This document shows positions 27,203 through 40,241 of a DNA stretch of 64,000 bases, one piece after another. The notes below the pieces were generated by a model. The model did not search any database. It saw nothing but the letters and a program-made list of their open reading frames with translations, and was not told the origin of the DNA. Source of the stretch: Octopus vulgaris (taxonomy: Eukaryota); NCBI GenBank assembly GCA_951406725.2, contig OX597814.1, forward strand, positions 120,714,001-120,778,000, read 5' to 3'. Numbering within the stretch: position 1 is the stretch's first letter; the number at the start of each line of letters is the position of its first letter. The translations under genes and the position numbers were made by a program.

Positions 27203-27991
27203 TATGCAAACATACGTATATATACAGATATACTTAAATGCCCGCACCGCAGTATGATGTATTGATTTTACACAAAACCACAGGTTTTGTATTTATTAGT
27301 GAATTTCTGCGTGTATGGGAATCTCTATTTGCGAGAATTAAAGTGAATGTTTGTCAGCTTGAAATAACTGACGTTATCGGTGGTTGTCAATGGAGAACAA
27401 TACTTTGAAATGAAGAATGTCATCGTGCGCTTTCAAGTAGTTAAAATATGAATTATAAAAAGTGAAAATATGTCTGACATGATTAAATATCCTCTGTGTA
27501 ACTTGATAAAAAATAGAGACAAGATCAGAAATACTAGCTTAAAGGAATTGTGTATGGGAAATGAACATATTGTCAGATGGCATTTCAAATCATATGCTCA
27601 AAGAAGAAATATTTACATATAAAACTGTTTCAAAATAAACAAAGTAGCGGAATTTATACTATTAGTAACACAGTGAAGAACAAGCATAAATTTACCTCTA
27701 AGTGATATAGATAATACAGATCTGGATTCAAATTTCGCTAAGTAACTTACATAAGGTTAACTAAAGGTAAACACATGGTCTCGTGATAAAAAATAGTGAT
27801 GCATATATGTATATTTGTACATATCCACACGCATCCGCACATGTGTTGAGATGTATACAAGTAAATATATGCATATGGATGTATGTTTCTATATTATTAA
27901 ATATTTAAATATATAAATATATGTAAGTATACAAGCACATGCATGTGGGCATATAAACAACCACACATGTGTGTATATATACAAATATATA

Positions 27992-28023
<32 letters not shown>

Positions 28024-28027
28024 AATG

Positions 28028-28303
28028 TATGAATAACTTATAAAATAAGGGCAAAAGAAAAATTCTACTGCCAAATATGCCGAAAATCGACAAAATTGTC
28101 AATAACTATTATAATATATGCGTCTCGAAACAAGCCGAAAGAAATTTCTAAAAAATTCCGTTACGGTAATAACGAATTTTTTAGAAATTTCGTTCGGCTT
28201 GTTTTGAGACGCATAAATTATAATGGTTATTGACAATTTTGTCTATTTTCGGCATATTGGGCATTAGAACTTTTCTTTTGCCCTTATTTTATAAGTTATT
28301 TAT
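28028..28303. repeat. Long near-perfect palindrome (fold-back element)
   Basis: ~130-bp arms (aataacttataaaataagggcaaaagaaaa..gaaatttctaaaaaattc) in inverted orientation around a few-nt loop near 28165. Confidence 0.9.
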
Positions 28304-28395
28304 AAATTCAACCTTCAAAGTTATTTTTTAATATGCTGGCCATTGATAAAATTTTTTCGAAAAGATCCTACATTATATGTATATATAATTGTGTG

Positions 28396-28436
<41 letters not shown>

Positions 28437-28454
28437 GTGTGTATACATATATAT

Positions 28455-28753
28455 GATGTCGATCAGATCGACTCAAGTACGCAACTGGTACTTAATTTAT
28501 CGACCGCAAAAGGATGAAAAGCAATGTCGACCTCAGCGAAATTTGAATTCAGATTGTAAAGAACAGACGAAATACCGCTAAGTATTTCGTCCGGCGTTAT
28601 AGCGTTTCTTATTTATTGCCCACAAGGGGCTAGACATAGAGAGGACAAACATGGATAGACGCACGGATTAAGTCGATTACATCGACCCCAGTGCGTAACT
28701 GGTACTTAATTTATCGACACCGAAATGATGAAAGGCAAAGTCGACCTCGGCGG
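28455..28753 (-). mobile_element. Tandem dimer of family A SINE fragments
   Basis: Two core segments (actggtacttaatttatcgac) at ~28475 and ~28700; junction at ~28609. Confidence 0.85.
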
Positions 28754-29206
28754 CTGTATAAAATTACAGAACACCAACAGAATTGCTAGTATACGTAGAA
28801 CTTCGTTGGAAAATTCGAACCTTTTAGCAAAATAATACAATATATGAGAACTGTAAATGTAGGCAATGGATGTATCGCTATTTCTGTCGCAGCCTGCCAA
28901 CAATGAAGAAAATTAATAGCATTATTCATTCTTTTGAATGTTTAAAATCTGATTACTGAATTACTTCATGCAAATTTCAGTGATGTTACTACAAGCATAA
29001 AGTGCCAGCAAATATCCTATATAAAATAGAATTATGTTCAGTTTAACCTGCTGGCAGTAACATTTATATTCACAGATTGGAAATGAAATGAACAGAAAAA
29101 AATATTATGGAGATAGATGCAAAATATATGAACGAAGTAACAGCAGCTAATACTAGTCTGTGGAGTAAGATTATGTGAAAACCAGATATATACAAACATA
29201 CATGCA

Positions 29207-29209
<3 letters not shown>

Positions 29210-29256
<47 letters not shown>

Positions 29257-29270
29257 CATATAAGCATGCA

Positions 29271-29330
<60 letters not shown>

Positions 29331-29371
29331 AATATACATTATATATATATACATTATATATATACATATAT

Positions 29372-29467
<96 letters not shown>

Positions 29468-29545
29468 CATATACACACACACACAGATACATATACATAT
29501 ATATGTATACTCATATACATATGTACACACTGCAGATATATAGAC
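29210..29545. repeat. (TA)n/(CA)n compound microsatellite
   Basis: Directly visible. Confidence 0.92.
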
Positions 29546-30084
29546 AAATAAACGGTGAGCTCAATAGAAGGCGAAGTATCATTCTTAGCATAAGAATTGG
29601 TAGATATATGAATGTAGCTAATGGCAAGTGTGTGTTTGTATAGGATTAAAAAGCATATTGAAACAAATGCATAAAGTACGGTTTATGTTCACAGAGCCCA
29701 CTCATTTTTATAATGCCCAGACGCTTACAAATCATATGTGAATGTCACGTGCTTCCTCGTCTACTATTCAGCATAACAATAAAGCTAGTTGTAAGAGAGC
29801 TATGTGTATGTGCGTATGTGTGTTTTTTGTTCGAGTGTAAATGTGTGTTTCTATATATTTGCATATGTATGGATTGATATGTGTATATTTCCAGGGGCGC
29901 ACGTTTATGCGTGGGTGGTTGTGTACTTGTAAAAGTGTATGCTTATAAGATGGCATCGTTGTTTACTTCTTCAATAAAGATGTTTTCTATGCAAAGCTAT
30001 TGTATTCATTGTCCTTTTAATTTTACGTACGTGAATAGGAAAGAAATATATGACACACATATTCCTTAGCTGTTTTCCAATATG

Positions 30085-30465
30085 TTTTACTTGTTTCAGT
30101 TACTGGACTACGGCCACGCTGAAGCACCGCCTTTAGTCGAAGAACGCAACCCGAGGACTTATTCTTTGTAAACCTAATACTTATTCTATCGGACTCATTG
30201 GCTGAATCGTCAAGTTTCGGGGACGTAAACTCACCAACATCGTTTGTCAAGCGATGGTAGGCGGACAAAGTCCCCCACACACGCACACGCAAATTCACAC
30301 ACACACGCATACACAAACACGTACGACGGGCTTCTTTCTGTTTTCGTCTACCAAACCCACTCACAGGGCTTTGGTTGGCTCGAGCATATAGTAGAAACCA
30401 CTTGGCCAACGTACAACGTTGTGGGTTTGAATCCGGGACCATGTGGTTGGGAAGCAAGCTTCTTT
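30085..30465 (-). mobile_element. SINE family B
   Basis: ttgtttcagt..gcaccgcctttagtcga..cgacgggcttctttc..gggaccatgtggttgggaagcaagct. Confidence 0.88.
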
Positions 30466-31284
30466 ATTTCATTACATTTGCCATAAAGGTAGTACATAGA
30501 GTAAAGTAGTTTTGCGGGCTGGACAAGGACATTAATGAAATGAATGATAATGAAAGAGAGATGATAAGGATGGGAGAAAACAAAAAGCGCCCACCGACTT
30601 CTGCTCCTCTAATACATTGTTCTTTAAAACCAAACACAAAACGAGGTATTAAACCTCTTACAACTTTTCAATTTTTTGACCTAACAGTCCATTACAAACA
30701 ACAACATAGTTCAATAATTGCATATAATATATATAAATACAATACACAAAACCCCTCCTCCCAGACCTGGCTTACGCTTCCCTTAGGCAATGCACCAGCT
30801 CTAGGTCGGGGCCCCAGAAGGCGTATCTAAACATGTCTTTTGAGAAGGTGTTCATTACCCTGACCATAGCGACATCCGATATGATCTTCGTAGTCACCTG
30901 CTAAGGCCACTCCGCGTCCTCTGTCCTCTTCCCTCCGAGAAGCAAGTTTCTTACCACATAAAGAAGCCTATATTGGTGAAGGTGAAATTTCTCTTAGCAT
31001 GAAGGTAATAACGGATACTTCCTCTCGAGAACGCACAGAAATCTGTCACATTCCCCACTCCTACGTGATCATTTTCGTCTTTTAGCGATATTTCTCTGCT
31101 TTGTAACATAAATATTCTCAAAACTAATGCCACAATATTATGACTCTCGAAGACTAACAGTAGGTACATGTTAAATAAAATACCGCTTCTATTACTAATA
31201 ACACACACGCGCACACACGCACACACACACACATATATTAATACATATAAATGTGGCAACCTGGTAAAAACATTAGCAGGTATA

Positions 31285-31513
31285 GACGGCGAGCTGACAG
31301 AATCGTGAGCACGCCGGGCGAAATGCATAGCCGTATTTCGTCTGCCGTTACGTTCTGGGTTCAAATTCCGCCGAGGTCGACTTTGTCTTTCATCCTTTCG
31401 GGGTCGTTAAATTAAGTACCAGTAACGCACTGGAGTCGATGTAATCGACTTAATCCCTTTGTCTGTCCGTGTTTGTCCCCTCTATGTTCAGCCCCTTGTG
31501 GGCAATAAAAAAT
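31285..31513 (+). mobile_element. Full-length SINE, family A
   Basis: Closely collinear with 15844-16075; B box gggttcaaattcc. Confidence 0.92.
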
Positions 31514-33038
31514 ATTAGGGTTAACCCAGAACCGTCGATGATACTGTGGTCATGCTGATGAGGAAAGATCTAAAGGTGATTCGATCCGGGGGCTGAAAAT
31601 CAAAAATATTTATTGCTCATATATATTTTCTCAAAAACATATATATATATGTTTTATCAAAACTATATATTGCTTTATATGTATTTTATCAAATAGCTTA
31701 CTGCTAAAATTTGCTTACCATTAAAATGTAAAAATCTTTTCAAATAAGATACGGAGATTAAAAATGTGATTAAAAATGTGTGAACTGCGGTTTTCTGTAC
31801 ATGAATTCTGTGGCATAATGTACCTAGAACAACAAATTTCTCTATGCTTGTGATAGCTGAATTCAGTGGTGGGATTTCCTTTTGGTAATATCAAATTGAA
31901 AACGTCACTGAGATTGGTTAAGTTGGTAGTAAATAGCCTTGACAAATGTACTAATAATATTCTTATGATGGATTTATTTTGAACAAAATGGAACACACAA
32001 ATGGAAAATTGCTCTTATTCACGTCAGATTCACATTCACTCCATGATAGCTGTATACGCTGTGAAAAATGTATATTAATTTCTGATGCATTGTACACGAA
32101 ACAGATTACATACGTTGAAAACAATTGATCGTCACGCGATTTTGCTGTTTTTACCTCATCAAGTGACATATACCACTGTATTGTCCTTTGCAGGCACGCA
32201 CATTCAAACCAAATGAAACCAGACCAAACACACACACACGGGTCCGCATATGTCTATATCTATATAATTGTCTGTATGCATGCATGTATATAAGTAGGTA
32301 TAAAATTATTCTGTTTTATTTCAAGATTTCTTAACAATAGACAAAGAACCAGTTTCTGACCTTGATCTAAAGCTCCTTTATTGGAATTTCAACATCAACA
32401 ACATGGTATTTTTTATGTATATATGTATGTGCGTGTGTATGTATATGTGAAGATTTGTATATTTTGTTTTATATATATACTCATACAAATAGTTCAATAT
32501 CTAGACATGCCCATATATATTAACGTGATAAACTTCTGGAAAGGTTTACAGATTTTTAAAATCCCTGTGACGGATTGGATCTGCAGTCTTCGAATTAGCT
32601 TTCTCCTTTCTGCTTTTGTATTTAGTGTGTTACATATCCCTGGGCCTCAATAATTACAGGTATAAACCTAAATTTCTAATTTGAATTGAGTAACTACACA
32701 TTTTTGAATAGTTCAGCGTATATATGTATGCATGTATGTATGTACGTACCAATGTATATTTGTGAAGCTCGTATCTTGGTTGTTTATGGTTGTGTCAGAA
32801 TCAACAGATTATGAGTCAATTCATGGAGACATCAATGCTTTGTGTCATTGAACAAAATCATTACATTTTGTGCGACACCTGCCAACTTGATATAATAATG
32901 AGCGATAGTCAAATACCGATTGAAGCCTGAAAGAGCCAAGAACTTTTCTTTCGTCAACCCTGGACTACACAGTCACGAATAAAGCAAATAAATAGTACAA
33001 ACCATTCGCAATGGTAGTTGACGGCTATAAGCCGTAGG

Positions 33039-33070
<32 letters not shown>

Positions 33071-33139
33071 TGTATGTATGTATGTATGCATGCATGTGTA
33101 TATATGTATGTATGTATCTATGTATGTATGTATTTATTT

Positions 33140-33300
33140 ATTCTATTATCTTTTTTCAGTCATTTGATTGCGGCCATGTTGAAGCACCACCTTTAGTCGT
33201 GCAAAACTTGTTCGTTGTAAACTTATGAACCGCTAAGTTACGGGGACGTAAACAGACAGCATCGGTCGTCAAGCGATGTTTGGAGGACAACCATACACAG
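33140..33300 (-). mobile_element. SINE family B 3' fragment
   Basis: ttcagtcatttgattgcggccatgttgaagcaccacctttagtcg..ccgctaagttacggggacgtaaac. Confidence 0.8.
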
Positions 33301-33479
33301 ACACATGCATTTCTCCTGCCTTTTGTAATTTTTTCTTCTCATACCTTTTAACTTTTTTCTCACGCCTTTTCAATGTTTATTGATCTTTTATACTCCATAC
33401 GTCATTACTTTGGCTTTCTCTCTCCACTTTCTTTTTCTCTCCTTTTTCAGTCACGCCCGATAACAAATCTCTCCCCCAT

Positions 33480-33675
33480 GATTGACTATCAGCTCCGAAA
33501 TGTTTTTTTAAAAATTTATTTTGATTCTCCCTCTGTTTATTTCATCGTGTTCCTTTCTGTTAAAGAGCATAGGCTCGAGACGTGATAGACTTTCTCGCCT
33601 TCCCGAGCGTTAAACTAAAACACCACTTTGTTGCTTATACACATGTCTTCGTCTTGTTTTTCTCTAAATTTCAAT
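33480..33675 (+). repeat. Family I repeat, second (more decayed) copy
   Basis: ttcctttctgttaaagagcataggctcgagacgtgatagactttctc..gagcgttaaactaa..gtcttcgtcttg matches 27065-27180. Confidence 0.7.
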
Positions 33676-33696
33676 ACATACATACATCGTATATAT

Positions 33697-33894
33697 ACTC
33701 TCTCTTTTTACTCTTTTACTTGTTTCAGTCATTTGACTGCGGCCATGCTGGAGCACCGCCTTTAGTCGCGCAAATCGACCCCGGGACTTATTCTTTGTAA
33801 GCCCAGTACTTATTCTATCGATCTCTTTTGACGGGGATATAAACACACCAGCATCGGTTGTCAAGCAACAGACACATAAACATATACACACACA

Positions 33895-33945
<51 letters not shown>

Positions 33946-34105
33946 GACAGGCTTCTTTCAGTTTCCGTCTACCAAATCCACTCACAAGGCATTGGTCGGC
34001 CCGGGGCTATAGCAGAAGACACTTGCCCAAGATGCCACGCAGTGGGACTGAACCCGGAGCCATGTGGCTGGTTAGCAAGCTACTTACCACACAGCCACTC
34101 CTGCG

Positions 34106-34107
<2 letters not shown>
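33697..34107 (-). mobile_element. Full-length SINE, family B
   Basis: Head ggcgcaggagtggctgtgtggtaagtagc, B box gggttcagtccc, internal (TA)n, tail (agtaaaag)n. Confidence 0.92.
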
Positions 34108-34159
<52 letters not shown>

Positions 34160-34258
34160 TGGATATACTTACGGATTTGTATATTTTGTTTTAGATATAT
34201 ATATATAATCATACATATAGTTCAATATCTAGATATGCTCATATATATTAAAGTGATA

Positions 34259-34319
<61 letters not shown>

Positions 34320-34487
34320 CTTAGTATGGATAATTTGGTTAACCGATACCTGGGTAGCAAAATCACGTCAGAAAATCACGGTTGAAGCTACATGCCAAGG
34401 GCAGAGATCACTTGCTTTCGTGTGGAAATTTGTGTGTTTTTTTAATACAAATAAATGAAAGAATGGAGTTGAACGACGATTTAACAA

Positions 34488-34590
34488 AATTCCTTTATTC
34501 TCGACATATGTTTCGAAGGCTGCATATTCCTAATTTCGAAGGAATAAGGGGTGCATCATGCCGCCTTCTCATCAGGAAAAACAAGGAACT
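34488..34590 (-). ncRNA. Type I hammerhead ribozyme, canonical core, within a pLTR-like repeat (~34320-34650)
   Basis: Minus strand: agttcctt-gt-ttttc-CTGATGA-gaaggc-[extended stem]-gccttc-GAAAC-atat-GTC^gagaa-ta-aaggaatt. All core nucleotides are present and helices I-III can form. Confidence 0.8.
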
Positions 34591-34654
34591 TATGTCAGCA
34601 TCAAGATGAACAAAAACTCTTAGATAACTGCCCACACGGAGTCCATAGCGATAT

Positions 34655-34711
<57 letters not shown>

Positions 34712-35449
34712 GAGAGAGAGAGAAAAAGAGAGAGAGAGAAAAAGAGAGAGAGAGAAAAAGAGAGAGAGAGAGAGAGGGGTTAGATTTAGCTATAAACCTA
34801 AGTATGAATACACATATATATATACAGATATCTATTTATACATATATAGAGATGTACAAATAGCTATGTGTGTACGTACGTACGTACGTACGTATGTATG
34901 TATGTATGTATGTATGTATGTATGTATGTATGTATGTATGTATGTATGTATGTGTAAAAGTGTGAGTACGGTGAGTTCGTTTTTATATGTGTATGCGTTC
35001 TTTTCAGTATTTCTTGGCGTATATTACTACGTATATTTACGCTTTTTTAATTCTTGGTCGTGTCTTAAACAACACGACCAAGGCAATGATTACGCAGAAA
35101 TATTTAACCATCGTGTATCAAGTAACACAATGCTCATGATGTTTACAGTCTACTGACTGGTAATATCAGCAAAGAAAGTGTGTCCTATTAACTTCAGGGA
35201 GAAGTCTGTTACATTTGCAATGTCCATGCATTTTACATGATAATTACTGGTGACTGTCTGGAAATTGAAATAAAACAGGATTCTGAAATACGCTGATTTT
35301 GTATATCCGTGTTCAAATCATTTTCCGTCTCACTTCTCTTTTCCATTTCCCTCTACATTTATACGCTTCCACATAATTGTGCATGACTTTTTGTGCGGTA
35401 TCTTCAATCTGTATATATTTTTATTACTATGCTTTGTTGCAAATGAAAT

Positions 35450-35503
<54 letters not shown>

Positions 35504-35639
35504 GTAGCTAGACAACGTATGTCTTATCTTCCGTTTGTTGTATTTTTTAATCACGAAAATTTTATGTATGTAACTTATGTACTCATAAATTTTTTACTCA
35601 TTTATCGAAATATTCTTGGAATATTTTTTGCTTCTCTTT

Positions 35640-36060
<421 letters not shown>

Positions 36061-36159
36061 CCCTACCCACCCGTCGCCTCTATAGTCCTTTAGGACAGTT
36101 TTTCATTTCTCCTTCGCGTTACCCATTTTGCCTTGTCTTGCTGTAATATTCTTTTTTCT

Positions 36160-36375
36160 TCCTTTTATTCTTTTATTCTTATATTTGTTTCAGTCATTTG
36201 ACTGCGGCCATGCTGGAGCGCCGCCTTTAGTTGAGCAAATCGACCGCAGGACTTATTCTTTGTAAGCCTAGTACTTATTCTATCAGTCTCTCTTGCCGAA
36301 CGGCTAAATGATGGGGAAGTAAACACACAAGCATCGGTTTTCATGCGATGTTGGTAGACAAACACAGACACACAA
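36160..36375 (-). mobile_element. SINE family B 3' half
   Basis: ttgtttcagtcatttgactgcggccatgctggagcgccgcctttag..aggacttattctttgtaagcctagtacttattctatc. Confidence 0.85.
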
Positions 36376-36390
36376 ACATATACATACATA

Positions 36391-36438
<48 letters not shown>

Positions 36439-36448
36439 TGTAAAATAA

Positions 36449-36509
<61 letters not shown>

Positions 36510-36513
<4 letters not shown>

Positions 36514-36960
36514 AACAAGAAAACAAAAAAGACAACAACGCAAAGAGGTGGAACAATTGAAATATTATTAGGCGCTCAGGAAAAAATGGAAGAAGGAGGG
36601 TATGACGTTTCGAGCGGAGCTCTTCATCGGAAACATAAGAGAAAGAAAGATCCCGAGGTGGGAGGACAGAGGGAAAAAAACGCGAGTGGTCTTCACGAGG
36701 TAAACATACTGAAAGGCAGGTAGTCGTAGACGAGAGGGGACAGGTTTTCAAAGACAGGAGAGCGGAAAAAGAAGGAAGGTAAAAACACAATGAGTGAGAA
36801 GAAGAGGGTGTGTATGTATGTATATGTAAGGCGGCGGCTAGTGGCGAGCAGCGGTCGTAACGGTGTGCGAGATGACAAGTGTGTGTTTATTAGTGCGTGC
36901 GTCTGTGTGTAAGTGTGTGTACGTAGGGTCAGTGGTAAAAGGAGGGAGAAGGGGAACGTG
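36510..36960 (-). repeat. Family H pLTR-like repeat with variant hammerhead-like motif
   Basis: Reverse complement matches 52380-52885; motif CCGATGA-a-gagc-tcc-gctc-GAAAC-GTC at 36600-36634. Confidence 0.7.
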
Positions 36961-37941
36961 TGCGTGCGTATGTACGTCCCGTGTGTGTATTTTGTTGTAG
37001 TATGTGTGTGTACGTGTGCGTTTTGTTGTGTGTATGGCGAGTAACTTTGCTTAACAGAATGTATATGTAGGTGCGTGTGTGTGCTTATATGTGCGTATAT
37101 GTATACTTGTGTGCATGTATGTATGTGTGCGTGCGCGTGTTTAGGTGTGCGTATGTATGTGTGTGTCTGTGTTTATATGTGTGTACGTATGTGTATGTGT
37201 GCGGGCGCGTGGAGGTATATGTTGGGTGTGTGTATGTGCCGGTGTGCATGTGAATTTGTGTGTGTAAGTGTGTGTGCGTGTATTGTATATATATATGTAA
37301 ATGTGTGTGTGTGAGTGAATGTATGTATGTGTGTGCGTGTGTGTACAAAAGCTAGGGGTATTATATGTGTGTGTATATATATGCATGCAAGGAAACAATT
37401 TGCGACTGACGGAATGATGGAAAAATGCTGCCGCGGTGACAGGCGTAAGAGAAACCCAAGAACACGCTGGCGCCAGACACGAACCCGAAATTTAGCCAGA
37501 ACCCACGGGCGTGGTGCATGCATGCATGTATGCGTGCGCGAGCGCGCACATGCATGTATGTGCGCGTGCATGCGAGTGTGTGTGTAAGTATGTGTGTGTG
37601 TGTGGATGTGTGAGTGTGTATGTGTGTATGTCTGTGTGTCTGTGTGTCCGATTGAATGTATGTAAGTATGTGTGTGTGTATATGTGTGTGTGTATGTATG
37701 TGTGTGTGTATGTGTGTGTGTGTGTATGTATGTATGTGTGTGTGTGTGTGCATGTGTGTAAGTATATATGTATGTGCGTATATGTGTGTGTGTATGCATG
37801 TGTGTGTATGTAGGTGGGTAGGCGTCTGTGTATAGGTGTATGTGTGTATGTATGTATGGGTGTGTCTCTGTGTATGTTTGTGTGTGTGTGTATGTATGTA
37901 TGGGTGAGGGTATGTAAGTGTGTGTGTGTACGTATGTAATG

Positions 37942-37979
<38 letters not shown>

Positions 37980-37980
37980 G

Positions 37981-38073
<93 letters not shown>

Positions 38074-38083
38074 TATATATATA
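36960..38083. repeat. Degenerate (TG)n/(TATG)n/(TA)n low-complexity tract
   Basis: Directly visible; contains a GC-richer island at 37385-37520. Confidence 0.85.
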
Positions 38084-38089
38084 AGAAAT

Positions 38090-38909
38090 TAAAAAAGGAA
38101 TATACGCACTCTTTACAAACTTTTCATATAATTTTTTATATATCGACAGGTTTCGCTATCGCTTTTCATGATATGTTTTATTTATTTGAATATGTATTTC
38201 TTAAGAAGAAATTTTGCCCATGTATATATGTACCGACAAAACAGGTTTCGAAAAACTTGCTTAGTGAGGGGATTTATTTACAGTGATTTAATCGTGAACT
38301 GAAATATTGAAAAAGATAAAAGTCGGTTATGTCTGCATATAAAGACATCTTCTGTAGTTTTCAATGAACAAAGTTTCTTTATTTAAACGTTCTTGTGGAG
38401 AGATTGTGTCTTTGCACTGGTAGAATGGGATGTCTGTGAAATTCGGTGTGATGTTACCTGCACATATTTCGATATGTTTACTGGAAGGAATTTGCCTGTA
38501 TTGCGGGAAACGGATTTGCCCTGTATGTAGAGTGGTTCTCTTTCGCAAGGTCATATTCATCTGTCCAATATAATTGTGTCCGTAACCCGAGCAGGTTATT
38601 ACATAAATTTGGTTCTCAGAGGCACAAGTGAAACTAGTTTTAATTGTGGGGCAATTTCCTCAGTTTGGGCGTCCACATTTTTCAATCGTTGCTTTCGTGG
38701 TTGTTTTGTAAAGCTTCGCATTTATTAGTAGTCTCTTTAGCGATTTGTCTTGCTTATCACATTTGATGAGTTTGTGTGTTTTCAGGATGTCGTTCATTTT
38801 GGAATTCTAGTTAGTAAATGAAGATTTTGCACAATAGTTTTGAATGCCTCACTGATTCTGGGGTTGTGTGTGGATATAAATAATAATGTTTTGAGATGAG
38901 GTGTGGAGT

Positions 38910-38912
<3 letters not shown>
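38090..38912 (-). mobile_element. Penelope-like element 3' fragment (GIY-YIG endonuclease plus 3' end)
   Basis: LFISTHNPRISEAF..KCGRPN*GNCP..FTCASENQIYVITCSGYGHNYIGQMNMTLRKRTTLH..RLNKETLFI. Confidence 0.88.
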
Positions 38913-38980
<68 letters not shown>

Positions 38981-38982
<2 letters not shown>

Positions 38983-39140
38983 TAGCTTAATATTTACTCG
39001 GGGCTGGCTAGATTGGAACAATCTCGAGTACAACCAGCCTAAATCTGGAACTCGACTGAGGAAAGAAAGCACCGAATGACCCGTCCTTGTTTTGTTGGTA
39101 TCGTCTGTCTACATGTTTTGCATTCTTGTCCAATTTTGTG

Positions 39141-39145
<5 letters not shown>
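38981..39145 (+). repeat. Short interspersed repeat (family J)
   Basis: Reverse complement of 54445-54600 (gacaagaa.gcaaaacat..agacgatac..aaaacaaggacgggtcattc). Confidence 0.7.
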
Positions 39146-39190
<45 letters not shown>

Positions 39191-39245
39191 GAAATATTAC
39201 ATTTCTAACTCTCTCAGAGAGACTTATACACTAGCAGCACGATAA

Positions 39246-39758
39246 AGTGATGGTTTGTTACCAACCTAATGTGGCAGTCCGAGGAAAGGGAAGAATACTA
39301 CTGCTATTTAACCCCGGCAAACACCGTTTCCAGTTGGCTATGTGGCACAATAGTTCTGTGCTCTTAGGTTTTCAAAAAAGAGAAATAAAGCCAGCATTAA
39401 GAGACTAGGTTCAGAGTCATTGCTCTTCGTCAGTCTGGAGTAGCTGGGCTTGCTAGCTTTCGTTGCCTTTTCACATTTGAAAGCGTATAGAATTTCAAGT
39501 GAAATAAATTCAGTGAATAGGCATCGACAACTAGCAAGCAAAGCTACTCCAGACTGATGAAGAGTAATGATACTGAAACTAGTGCCTGGTTGCTGGCTTT
39601 GCTGGATGAAGGTGCTTATCTCCCCTGTTTGAAAACTAAAGAACACAGAACGCTTGTATCACATAGCCAACTGGAAACGTTATTTCCTGGGGCTAAATAG
39701 CTGTAGCATTCTTCCATTTCGTGTTACTGCCTCATTAAGTTGGCAGCAAACCATCACT
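39246..39758. repeat. Inverted pair of ~230-bp repeats (family K), each with a minimal hammerhead-like motif
   Basis: 39246-39474 is the reverse complement of 39513-39758; motifs aga-CTGAYGA-agag..GAA(A)C-ta-GT at ~39400-39436 (-) and ~39551-39588 (+). Confidence 0.8.
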
Positions 39759-39772
39759 ATACACACACACAT

Positions 39773-39844
<72 letters not shown>

Positions 39845-39877
39845 ATATATATAAATACATACATATACATATATACC

Positions 39878-39999
<122 letters not shown>

Positions 40000-40186
40000 C
40001 ATTACTCCAGCAGTGTGCTTTCGAAAGCACGTTGCTGGTGTAGCGAATGGGGAAAGCTTGGTTTGCAACATTTGTAGTCGTTGATACTTGTCAAGAACAG
40101 GGCACATTAGCCAGCATCGGGACCGCAATTGTAAAACATAAGTTGGTCCTAAAGCTCATATATATAGAATAAATACGTTTATACGG

Positions 40187-40241
<55 letters not shown>

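Noticed and set aside
30690-30960. Possible L1/Tx1-type 3' end on the minus strand
   Set aside because: No diagnostic protein motif was recovered.
30965-31010. Peptide KRNFTFTN shared with the ORF at 54243-54485
   Set aside because: Only ~25 nt of similarity, and I could not extend it into the flanks; chance or a very old repeat.
35053-35082. 11-bp hairpin cttggtcgtgt/acacgaccaag (also 9-bp stems at 56742-56767 and 58601-58639)
   Set aside because: Short isolated stems with no accompanying Helitron CTRR end or other context; not distinguishable from chance.
35150-35276. Good minus-strand splice acceptor (ttttatttcaatttccag) suggesting an exon
   Set aside because: All frames stop within ~36 codons, and there is no convincing donor or protein similarity.
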